A stretch of 64,000 bases of DNA from Ascidiella aspersa (taxonomy: Eukaryota), in NCBI GenBank assembly GCA_963924565.1, contig CAWUQB010000044.1:1-64000 (forward strand), written 5' to 3'. How positions within the stretch are numbered: the first letter of the stretch is position 1; each line of letters opens with the position of its first letter. Of this stretch, positions 11,835 through 20,694 are shown piece after piece. The position numbers and the translations under genes were made by a program. The notes beneath the pieces were generated by a model. It had not been told where the DNA came from. It worked only from the letters and a program-made list of their open reading frames with translations, and ran no database searches.

Positions 11835-14401
11835 CTCTGTACACGACAAAAAAAAGCGAGCTAACCAAATCTAAGCTATGAAATGTAGTGACACAACAAT
11901 CATTTCAGAATGCTATGAACCCAGTCAGCTCACTCGAACAACAGTTTAAGCCATTTCTCAAATGGAACAAGCCTCGACTTGATCTATTGGCAATGCTTAT
12001 CATTGCTATCGTCAAGCAACGCACTGTGAATTGGACAGAGTTAATCAATACCTTCCCGACAACTACCCAAAGTACTTCATGCTATCGGAGGGTTCAGCGG
12101 TTCTTTCGGGAAGTACCCTTTGACCAGAATACTATAGCCTTTCTCATCGCTCATCTATTTGCACCGCCAGAAGCGTGGACGCTGAGCATGGATCGCACAA
12201 ACTGGATGTTTGGCATCTTCAAGATCAACATTCTATACCTTGCCATTAACTATAAGGGGATGGCTATTCCAGTACTCTGGGTTCTACTTGACAAAAAAGG
12301 CAACTCAAATACGACAGAACGCATCGACCTTATGAAGACGTTCCAAAAGATTTTCCCGGAACAGCCAGTGAAGCGCTTACTTGCCGACAGGGAGTTCAAA
12401 GGAAAAGAGTGGCTAAAATATCTTGTCCAACATAACTGGCCATTTTGTTTGAGGGTCGCCAACAACACGCAGGTACCTAACAAGCACCGGAACAGACTAT
12501 TGCCTGTCCGGAGAATTTTTTCTCTTGCCGTTGGCGAAAAAATGGCGATACAGAAACCCAGAAAAGTCTGGGGGCAAACGGTTTACCTTGCTGCTGCAAA
12601 AGCGGGTGATGAAATTATGGTGGTTATTTGTAACGCCGAACCTGCAACGGCTATTGAAGAGTATCTTCAGCGGTGGCAGATAGAGTCAATGTTTCAAGCC
12701 TTGAAAGGGCGTGGTTTTAACATGGAAGAAACACACCTCAAAGATCGAGTCTTCTCCAATATGAAATGAGCCTAAAGGAAGCCATTGTTTCCAATATGAA
12801 GTGAGCCTGTGAGTTCTGGTTCTTTCGTCCATGATTAGAGGATGAAAGTCATCATGAATACACGGTTAATCAAAACCCTCGAACACGTTCAAACCTTCCT
12901 GTTACAAGCGAGTTGTATCGAACCGGGGTGGGACTCAAAAGATGAATGTTATCAGTGGGTTGAAAGGACTCTGAGGCACTTCAAGTATGCTCATTTAAAC
13001 CGAGCAGATAAAGCGCTCATACGGCAATACCTGATGCTTGCGACAGGCTATTCAAGAGCTCAGATCACCCGATTGATTACAGCATACAGGAAGACAGGTC
13101 GCTTGAGGCGCAAACAGCGCACAGCGAATGGTTTTACAACACGTTACACCAAGGCTGATATCAGGCTGCTGGCGGAGACAGATCGCCTTCATAACGACTT
13201 GAATGGGGCTGCTATCCGAAAAATTTGTGAGCGAGCATGGGGACGGGGAGATAGTCGCTATGAACGATTATCAACGATTTCCGTCTCCCACCTTTACAAC
13301 TTACGGCAATCAAAAACCTATCAGTCAGTACGCATCAGGAAAACAGTTACGCAGGCAACAAAACGCGCTATTGGTATTCGCTCTCGCCCAACCCCAAATG
13401 GTGAACCGGGATTTATCAGAATCGATACTGTACACCAAGGAGACAAAGATAAAGTCAAAGGGCTTTACCACATAAACGCTGTTGATGAAGTCACACAGTT
13501 TCAAGTGGTGTGCTCAGTGGAGCAGATTAACGAAACATTCCTTATCCCAGTGCTTGAAGAGCTGCTTGTCAGCTTCCCCTTTAAAATACAGGGATTTCAC
13601 TCAGATAATGGTTCAGAATATATCAATCATCGTGTATCTAAACTGCTGGAAGAGCTCCATATAAAGTTCACTAAATCACGATCAAGAAAGACAAACGACA
13701 ACGCACTGGTTGAATCGAAAAATGGTGCCGTCATCAGAAAAATATTAGGCTATGCCCACATACCACAGCATCATGCAAAAGCAGTCAATGATTTCAATAA
13801 GTGCTACCTGACACCCTATCTCAATTATCACAGACCCTGTTTTTACGCAGAGACGATTATTGACAAGAAAGGAAAGCAGCGAAAAAAATACCGCTATGAA
13901 AACATGATGACTCCCTTTGAGAAACTGAAATCACTGCCCTCATGGGAAGGCTTTTTGAAAAAGGGTTGCAGCAAAGAGAAACTTGAAGCAAAGGCCAACT
14001 CTATGAGCGATAATGAAGCAGCTCAACAGCTACAGACAGCCAGAGAGTCACTCTTTAAAAGCATATTTGAACGAAGAGCCTGAATACGCAGAACTATCAC
14101 TTGCTCAGGCTCATTTTAGGATTGGAAAATACTGATCGCAAGAAGCTGTCAAAGCTGCTGGCTATATTGGCATTAGCGTTTTGCGGGTGCTACAAAACGG
14201 GCGAGTATATTAATGAAGAGAATCCCATCAAGGTTAAAACTCACGGTAGAAGAGCTCAGACGCTTTTTCGAGCGGGATTAGATCGGCTACAAAGGATGCT
14301 GGGAAGCCTTGACCTATGGATTGAAGAGCTGGCTGTAGTGTTAACTCTTTTCTTCCAGCCCAGATGGGACAAGGCTTCGTGAAAAATTGTCGTGTACAGA
14401 G
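11835..14401 (+). mobile_element. ISAba1-like IS4-family element interrupted by a nested IS
   Basis: TIRs CTCTGTACACGACAA; 9-bp target duplication CTGCGTGAC; transposase with DRTNW, NSN..ER and DREF motifs, split at 12747/14134. Confidence 0.92.
12748..14133 (+). mobile_element. Nested IS with an intact rve-type DDE transposase (ORF 12842-14083; IS481/ISNCY-like)
   Basis: IDTVHQGD, HSDNGSEY, NDNALVESKNG; 5-bp duplication GATCG; ends carry TCCAATATGAARTGAGCCT motifs. Confidence 0.85.
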
Positions 14402-14425
14402 CTGCGTGACAACAAAATAGAAGAG

Positions 14426-15763
14426 CTACGCTAATTCTTTTTCGACGACTTTGACCAGTTTCTGAACATGCAGACGCACTTCATCCGCATCTTCACCTTC
14501 TACCATCACCCGAATAACAGGCTCAGTTCCTGAAGGCCTTAAAAGCACACGACCACGGCCAGCCAGTTCTTTTTCGGACGAAGCAACAGCTTCACTGATA
14601 GCAGGCACAGCCATCACATCCTGCCTTCTGTTTACCCTGACATTGATCATGATTTGCGGGTACTTGCTAACTTCCTGCCTAAGCTCTGCCAACGTCTTAC
14701 CCGCTCGTTTGATTGCTTTCAGAACCTGCAAGGCTGCAACAATGCCATCCCCTGTGGTAGATACATCGCGGCAAATGATATGACCTGACGACTCACCACC
14801 GAGCTGCCAATCATTGGCAACCATCAATTCATTAACATAACGATCACCCACCTTGGCACGAGCAAATGGAATACCTTGTGCTTCCAACGCTTTTTCCATA
14901 CCCAGGTTGGTCATTAACGTTCCCACCACACCGCCTTTCAATGTGCCCTGCTGCTTGCGACTCACCGCAATGATGTAAATCAGCTCATCACCGTCAACAA
15001 CACTGCCATTACCATCCACCATGATAACCCTGTCGCCATCGCCGTCAAAAGCAATGCCTACATCAGCGCTGGTTTCACGCACTTTTTCGACAAGACCATC
15101 AGGGCAAGTGGAACCACACCCTTCGTTGATATTCAGACCATTCGGCTCAACACCCTCCAGTACAACGTCAGCACCCAACTCTCTGAATACAGCAGGCCCT
15201 ACCTGATAGGTGGCACCATGTCCCGCATCCACTACTATTTTCAAGCCGGACAAATCCAGCTGCGGCGCGGTACTTGCTTTGCAGTATTCAATATAACGCC
15301 CTGCCGCATCATCAAGACGACTCACTTTACCCAGCTCGGTCGACCCCACCACAGAAATATCGCCGTCCAGCAAGTCTTCAATGCGCTGCTCAACATCGTC
15401 AGGCAGCTTGGCACCATCACCTGCAAAGAACTTGATACCATTGTCGTAATAAGGGTTATGAGAGGCACTAATGACAATACCTGCCTGCCCATTGAACGTT
15501 CGGGTCAGGTAGGCAATAGCAGGTGTTGGCATAGGTCCTGTCAGCACAACATCAATACCGGCAGCAGATAACCCCGCTTCAAGGGCTGACTCAAACATAT
15601 AGCCTGAAATACGGGTATCTTTACCAATCAGCACCTTACCTTGCCCTTCAGCCGCCAGCACTTTTCCTGCGGCCCAACCTAGCTTCAGAACAAAGTCTGG
15701 CGTAATGGGAAACTCCCCGACTTTGCCTCTGATGCCATCGGTGCCGAAATATCTACGTGCCAT
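14426..15763 (-). CDS. glmM: Phosphoglucosamine mutase
   Basis: [29 protein letters not shown]; start at MARRYF. Confidence 0.99.
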   Translation of the reverse strand: MARRYFGTDGIRGKVGEFPITPDFVLKLGWAAGKVLAAEGQGKVLIGKDTRISGYMFESALEAGLSAAGIDVVLTGPMPTPAIAYLTRTFNGQAGIVISASHNPYYDNGIKFFAGDGAKLPDDVEQRIEDLLDGDISVVGSTELGKVSRLDDAAGRYIEYCKASTAPQLDLSGLKIVVDAGHGATYQVGPAVFRELGADVVLEGVEPNGLNINEGCGSTCPDGLVEKVRETSADVGIAFDGDGDRVIMVDGNGSVVDGDELIYIIAVSRKQQGTLKGGVVGTLMTNLGMEKALEAQGIPFARAKVGDRYVNELMVANDWQLGGESSGHIICRDVSTTGDGIVAALQVLKAIKRAGKTLAELRQEVSKYPQIMINVRVNRRQDVMAVPAISEAVASSEKELAGRGRVLLRPSGTEPVIRVMVEGEDADEVRLHVQKLVKVVEKELA

Positions 15764-15846
15764 AATGCCATTCCTCTTGCGGAAGGTAATACCCAATGAG
15801 CAGATCAAAAATAAAAGGAGCAATAGTACCTGAGTTTTACTGGCGC

Positions 15847-16894
15847 TCAAACTTTACCTATCTTCAGGTCCTGCATTCTTTGCATTAAAGCGTCTTCCGC
15901 CCAAATAGGTGGATACACCGGTTTTTCATCAGGTTTTAAATCAAGGCTTGATACAATCACATCAGGGTCAGGATCAACAAAAAAAACCGCACTAAGGAGT
16001 AGTCCCGAAATAACTTCCGCGTTTTATAGACTCTCAACTTCGCTCGCTCTGAGCTTGCCGAAGGGCCTACCAACTATCCTTCGGCAGGCTCAGGATGAAC
16101 GAAGATAGAGTTTCAAATCGGGAAGTTATTTTGGGACTACTCCTAAAGCGACCGTTACCCCAATGACTGTCACCAATGACACGATGAATGGGTGCTTTCA
16201 GCTCACAATTACTCCATCGCGCCAAAAGCTCACCACACAGCACCAAAACCGATGGTTTTGCAGGCTGCACAGAATACCACCCTTTCTCAGGCGCAAAAAA
16301 CTGCAGCCCTGCTTTACCGTCAAATAGAAAGAGCAGTGTAAAAGTACCAAAATCAGTATGAGGAGGCTTATACACCATCTGATAGGGCTTTTTATCCAGT
16401 AAAGGGTAATGCATCAACCGAAAGAGATGATTATTAGGGTCTGAGTGGCGTCGGGCGAAAAAAGAACCCGTTAAATTAAAGACGGTATCCAGCATGTAAA
16501 ATAAACGTTTTGAAACCGCCGAACACAAAACAAGGAAGCTGATCAGACGCGTTCGAACATCCTGCCGGTTGCCCCAGATCGCCTCAGAGCCAGAGTCCAG
16601 AAAGCAGCCTTCGGCTCTCACTGAAAACTGTTCACAATGATCTGGCCGCCATTGGTATTGCACATCACTGTCAGCAAGATAGCCCTCACTAAAATCATTC
16701 ACTCTCATCTTGTTTTTTTCTGCCACAGACAGATCACAAAAAATGCTTTTAGACAACGCTTTGAGTCCACGCAAGGTTTCAGGTCTGGCAATCGCGTCCC
16801 CCTCCAAAAAGAAAGTACCAAAGTGCTAAAAATATCTCACTAACTGCTCTGCCGCTGAACGTTCAGCCACATCAATCATCGGACAATCGATCAT
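15847..16894 (-). pseudogene. 2OG-Fe(II) oxygenase (isopenicillin-N-synthase-like) pseudogene
   Basis: HTDFGTFTLL, HRV and RFSAVFF.DP motifs; in-frame TAG near 16826; MITE insertion at 15996-16143 splits the RxS motif. Confidence 0.8.
15996..16143. mobile_element. MITE-B (148 bp), a second non-autonomous family
   Basis: TIRs GGAGTAGTCCCGAAATAACTTCC / GGAAGTTATTTTGGGACTACTCC; TAA duplication; removal restores the oxygenase frame. Confidence 0.85.
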
Positions 16895-16936
16895 AGTTTC
16901 AGCACCTCTCTGCACAGTGCGCTCTATCAGCAAAAC

Positions 16937-17857
16937 TTAGCGTGCTTTATGAACCGCCTCCAGCATACATATCACATCACAGGTTTCTGCAACATCATGT
17001 ACACGCAATATACGCGCACCCGCCTGAACCGCCATAAGCGCAACCGCAAGACTACCCGCCAGACGCTGTTCTGGTGCTTTGTCCAGCGTTGCACCTATAA
17101 AAGATTTTCTGGACATTCCCGCAAGCACAGGTAATCCCAAGGAGTGAAATTGGTTAAAGTGCTTAAGCATGCTCAAATCATATGCGGGGGTTTTACCAAA
17201 TAGACCACCGCCAAAGCCCGGATCAATAACCAGTCTACGCTGTGCAATACCTGCCGCTTCACAACGTTTGACGGATGCCTGTAGATACTCAATGACATCC
17301 TCCATCAGATGGTCGTAATGAGGTATAAAACCCGACTCGGGGTGATCAATCAAAGAGTGCATCAGAATAACGGGTAAATCTGTTGCCGCCACCGCTTCAA
17401 GAGCACCGGGTCGATGGAGCGCGCGAATATCATTAATCATACCGGCACCGGCCAACGCACTTTCCCTAATCACAGAGGCAGAGCTAGTATCGACAGAAAC
17501 AACGCAATCAAACTGTTTCACTAATGCTTCAACAACGGGGATAACACGTTCTAACTCCTGTTCACAGGAGGCTGTATCACTGATACCTTGTTCAGCAGAC
17601 GTCCCTCCAACGTATCGTTCATTATCATTTTTATAACCATAACGTTGAACCATCTTACTGGTTGACTCCCCTCCCACATCAAGAATAGTAGCCCCGCCCT
17701 CAATCATCGCGTCAGCTCGTCTCAGCGTGTCCTCAAGGCCACAGCAACGACTCCCCTCATAAAACGAGTCAGGCGTCACATTCAAAACCCCCATGACCTG
17801 TGCCCGACTTAAATTTAATACTTTACCTGCACAGTTCAGTTCAAAATGCTGGTTCAT
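16937..17857 (-). CDS. folP: Dihydropteroate synthase with divergent loops
   Basis: MGVLNVTPDSF, SVDT, INDI, DPGFG, SRKSF, RVHDV; folP-glmM synteny. Confidence 0.92.
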   Translation of the reverse strand: MNQHFELNCAGKVLNLSRAQVMGVLNVTPDSFYEGSRCCGLEDTLRRADAMIEGGATILDVGGESTSKMVQRYGYKNDNERYVGGTSAEQGISDTASCEQELERVIPVVEALVKQFDCVVSVDTSSASVIRESALAGAGMINDIRALHRPGALEAVAATDLPVILMHSLIDHPESGFIPHYDHLMEDVIEYLQASVKRCEAAGIAQRRLVIDPGFGGGLFGKTPAYDLSMLKHFNQFHSLGLPVLAGMSRKSFIGATLDKAPEQRLAGSLAVALMAVQAGARILRVHDVAETCDVICMLEAVHKAR

Positions 17858-18020
17858 CTCATCCTCTTAGTTCACTCATGTTACGCACTCACCCATCGCT
17901 CGAAATTGGTAGAATGATGACCTTAGTGCAGACAGATAAAGCTTGGCCCTCAGCTCAAAGTGATTCAATCTTAGCTTGTTGGTTAATACCTCTAGGCGAA
18001 ATGTAGAGTATATCGACATG

Positions 18021-18218
18021 AATAACTCATGTTACGCACTGAGCAAAATTTGCCATACTCTCAAGCATGAACAAAAAGCTCTTTACGCTATATAGAGATT
18101 ACCTTTTGTCTTCATTCGGCAAAACGACAGCAACACCGTTGTCGTCCTTGCTGGACGGTGAGTACAGTCATCATTCGACCCGTTTCGAGCGATGGGTGAG
18201 TGCGTAACATGAGTTATT
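18021..18218 (+). mobile_element. Internally deleted IS701-like mini-element (additional ends at ~17873, ~20649, ~41415)
   Basis: TIRs TAACTCATGTTACGCACT / AGTGCGTAACATGAGTTA; stub ORF MNKKLFTLYRDYLLSSFGKTTAT resembles IS701 N-termini. Confidence 0.7.
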
Positions 18219-18260
18219 AAGTCACAAGGTAGGCCCTTCGGGCAACTTTTTCTCCCGAGC

Positions 18261-20129
18261 TTATTGAGAGGTTTTGTGTTGTTTCTGATGTTTTTTTAAT
18301 CGGCTCTTCATTACAAACCGCTTATCGCAACCCTCAATACCGCACAGGGTGCCGCCCACGCCATGCACCTCCGCCTGATGCGATGCCTTCTGGGATTTCT
18401 GCGTGAAACGCTGCTGGCACTCGCCTATCCCGCATAGCTCACCGCCCACGCCATGCACCTCCGCCTGATGGGATGCCTTCTGGGATTTCTGCGTGAAACG
18501 CTGCTGGCACTCGCCTATCCCGCATAGCTCACCGCCCACGCCATGCGCCTGCGCCTGATGGGATACCTTCTGGGATTTCTTCGTGAAACGCTGCTGGCAC
18601 TCGCCTATCCCGCATAGCTCACCGCCCACGCCATGCACCTCCGCCTGATGGGATGCCTTCTGGGATTTACGCGTGAAACGCTTCTGACACTCGCCTATCC
18701 CGCATAGCTCACCGCCCACGCCATGCACCTCCGCCTGATGGGATGCCAGATTGGATTTCTTCATGAAACGCTGCTGGCACTCGCCTATCCCGCATAGCTC
18801 ACCGCCCACGCCATGCACCTCCGCCTGATGGGATGCCTTATGGGATTTCTTCGTGAAACGCTGCTGGCACTCGCCTATCCCGCATAGCTCACCGCCCACG
18901 CCATGCACCTCCGCCTGATGGGATGCCAGATTAGATTTCTGCGTGAAACGCTGCTGGCACTCGCCTATCCCGCATAGCTCACCGCCCACGCCATGCACCT
19001 GCGCCTGATGGGATGCCTTCTGGGATTTCTTCGTGAAACGCTGCTGGCACTCGCCTATCCCGCATAGCTCACCGCCCACGCCATGCACCTCCGCCTGATG
19101 GGATGCCTTCTGGGATTTCTGCGTGAAACGCTGCTGGCACTCGCCTATCCCGCATAGCTCACCGCCCACGCCATGCACCTGCGCCTGATGGGATGCCTTC
19201 CGGGATTTCTTCGTGAAACGCTGCTGGCACTCGCCTATCCCGCATAGCTCACCGCCCACGCCATGCACCTCCGCCTGATGGGATGCCTTCCGGGATTTAT
19301 TCGTGAAACGCTGCGGGCACTCGCCTATCCCGCATAGCTCACCGCCCACGCCACGCACCTGCGCCTGATGGGATGCCTTCTGGGATTTATGCGTGAAACG
19401 CTGCTGGCACTCGCCTATCCCGCATAGCTCACCGTCCACGCCATGCATCTGCGCCTGATGGGATGTTAATGCAGCAGCATCAAGGAAACATGCACCACAA
19501 TCATCGAAATTACAAAATGAATAAGCACATAAGTAGCAGTTTATGTGGTTATTCATTTTTTTTGAGCGTAAAGCTCTAATCACTCTCATCTCACCAGATT
19601 TATAATTATCTTCTGTTGTTACACATTTCCATTCTGTTTCAACAGGTGAGCATGTTTCGCTTTCTTCATAAAATTTACTTAAATCAAAAGACAGCCGTGT
19701 TTTTTTAATCTTTAAAAAATTATTGAGTATGGTGATACACACCCTTTGTAGGTATAAGTCATCATCCTCTGTTAAGTCATAATCCATTATAAAAAGAAAA
19801 CTGTTGAGAGTCGTTAAATGATAATAATGAAAGATTTGGTATTCACGCTTACTTTTTTTCGATGCAGGATCTCCCTCAACTGAGCTGTCAGCTTGTTGCA
19901 AACAATCGTATAATGTATCCAAATCAAGGACTAACTCTCCAAGATCAAGACCCAAGTTTTCTATTTCGCCATCGTCATTTTTGCTATTTTCTTCGTGTAG
20001 CCGACATCCATTATAACTATTGAACTCTGCCTTTCTTTTTGCAGCTTCACTGCCGAAGGAAAGGAGTATTGATAATAAAAATATGAAAAATAGTAATAAC
20101 CGTAGAATGACATATAAGTAGTTGATCAT
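18261..20129 (-). CDS. Poly-C2H2 zinc-finger protein, copy 1 (signal-peptide-like N-terminus; 14 fingers = 1 divergent + 12 core + 1 terminal)
   Basis: C-x4-C-x3-F-x5-(K/L)-x2-H-x4-H repeated every 30 aa/90 bp; hydrophobic N-terminus ending SEA-AKRK; the ATG lies inside the adjacent MITE. Confidence 0.9.
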   Translation of the reverse strand: MINYLYVILRLLLFFIFLLSILLSFGSEAAKRKAEFNSYNGCRLHEENSKNDDGEIENLGLDLGELVLDLDTLYDCLQQADSSVEGDPASKKSKREYQIFHYYHLTTLNSFLFIMDYDLTEDDDLYLQRVCITILNNFLKIKKTRLSFDLSKFYEESETCSPVETEWKCVTTEDNYKSGEMRVIRALRSKKMNNHINCYLCAYSFCNFDDCGACFLDAAALTSHQAQMHGVDGELCGIGECQQRFTHKSQKASHQAQVRGVGGELCGIGECPQRFTNKSRKASHQAEVHGVGGELCGIGECQQRFTKKSRKASHQAQVHGVGGELCGIGECQQRFTQKSQKASHQAEVHGVGGELCGIGECQQRFTKKSQKASHQAQVHGVGGELCGIGECQQRFTQKSNLASHQAEVHGVGGELCGIGECQQRFTKKSHKASHQAEVHGVGGELCGIGECQQRFMKKSNLASHQAEVHGVGGELCGIGECQKRFTRKSQKASHQAEVHGVGGELCGIGECQQRFTKKSQKVSHQAQAHGVGGELCGIGECQQRFTQKSQKASHQAEVHGVGGELCGIGECQQRFTQKSQKASHQAEVHGVGGTLCGIEGCDKRFVMKSRLKKHQKQHKTSQ

Positions 20130-20287
20130 ATGGAATCGAATATTCTGGCTTTTTGATCAGGTGCTATGCAAGGCACAGTGTAGGGCGCATAGCCGTAGCT
20201 ATGTTACCGGAGCTGTAACGAAGTAGAGTGCCTGAGCAAGAAGTCAGAATATTCGATTTCATGTGGTTAGCTACTTTTAGCTACTTA
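20115..20287 (+). mobile_element. MITE-A copy with a 10-bp duplicated right end; supplies the ATG of ZnF copy 1
   Basis: TAAGTAGTTGATCAT...GTTAGCTACTTTTAGCTACTTA; absent at the equivalent site of copies 2 and 3. Confidence 0.9.
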
Positions 20288-20361
20288 AAGATACGAATAG
20301 TTATAAAAAAACAACCAGGTACCCTTCCTCCACTTAAAAATAAACAATTAGGACTTTTCTT

Positions 20362-20648
20362 ATTCGCACACCTTCCAAGCTAAAGCTTCTACTCCAGACC
20401 CACCCACTCTGGTGGAACTACTCTCAAAAGTACGCTTCCACCCTGCGGGATGTGGTGCTGGACAGCGTCAACCGCATACTGGCCTGCGGACAGGTCATTA
20501 TGGGTTATGCCACTGGGCTGTGCTCCAACGAACAGTGTAGTTACTCTAAAAAAATTTGCATGGGTTGTAAGTCACGGATGTGCAATACCTGTGGTAAAAA
20601 GCTCACGGATCAATTCTTGAACCATACACTGATGAAAGAATGCCTGAC
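20362..20648 (+). pseudogene. IS91-family (rolling-circle) transposase, N-terminal Zn-binding fragment
   Basis: LRDVVLDSVNRILACG...C-x4-C...GCKSRMCNTCGKK motif; start mutated to ATT; truncated by an IS701-like end. Confidence 0.8.
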
Positions 20649-20694
20649 TAACTCATGTTACGCACTGAGCAAAATTTGCCATACTCTCAAGCAT

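Noticed and set aside
18345-19430. 90-bp repeats as a CRISPR array
   Set aside because: No unique spacers; the units are in-frame coding repeats with only a few variable codons; no cas genes in the window
18261-20129. Eukaryotic contamination or a Ros/MucR regulator
   Set aside because: The genes are intron-less, interleaved with the same IS and MITE families found among the core bacterial genes, and lack TGEKP linkers; Ros/MucR has a single finger with different spacing. Long-read confirmation is still advisable
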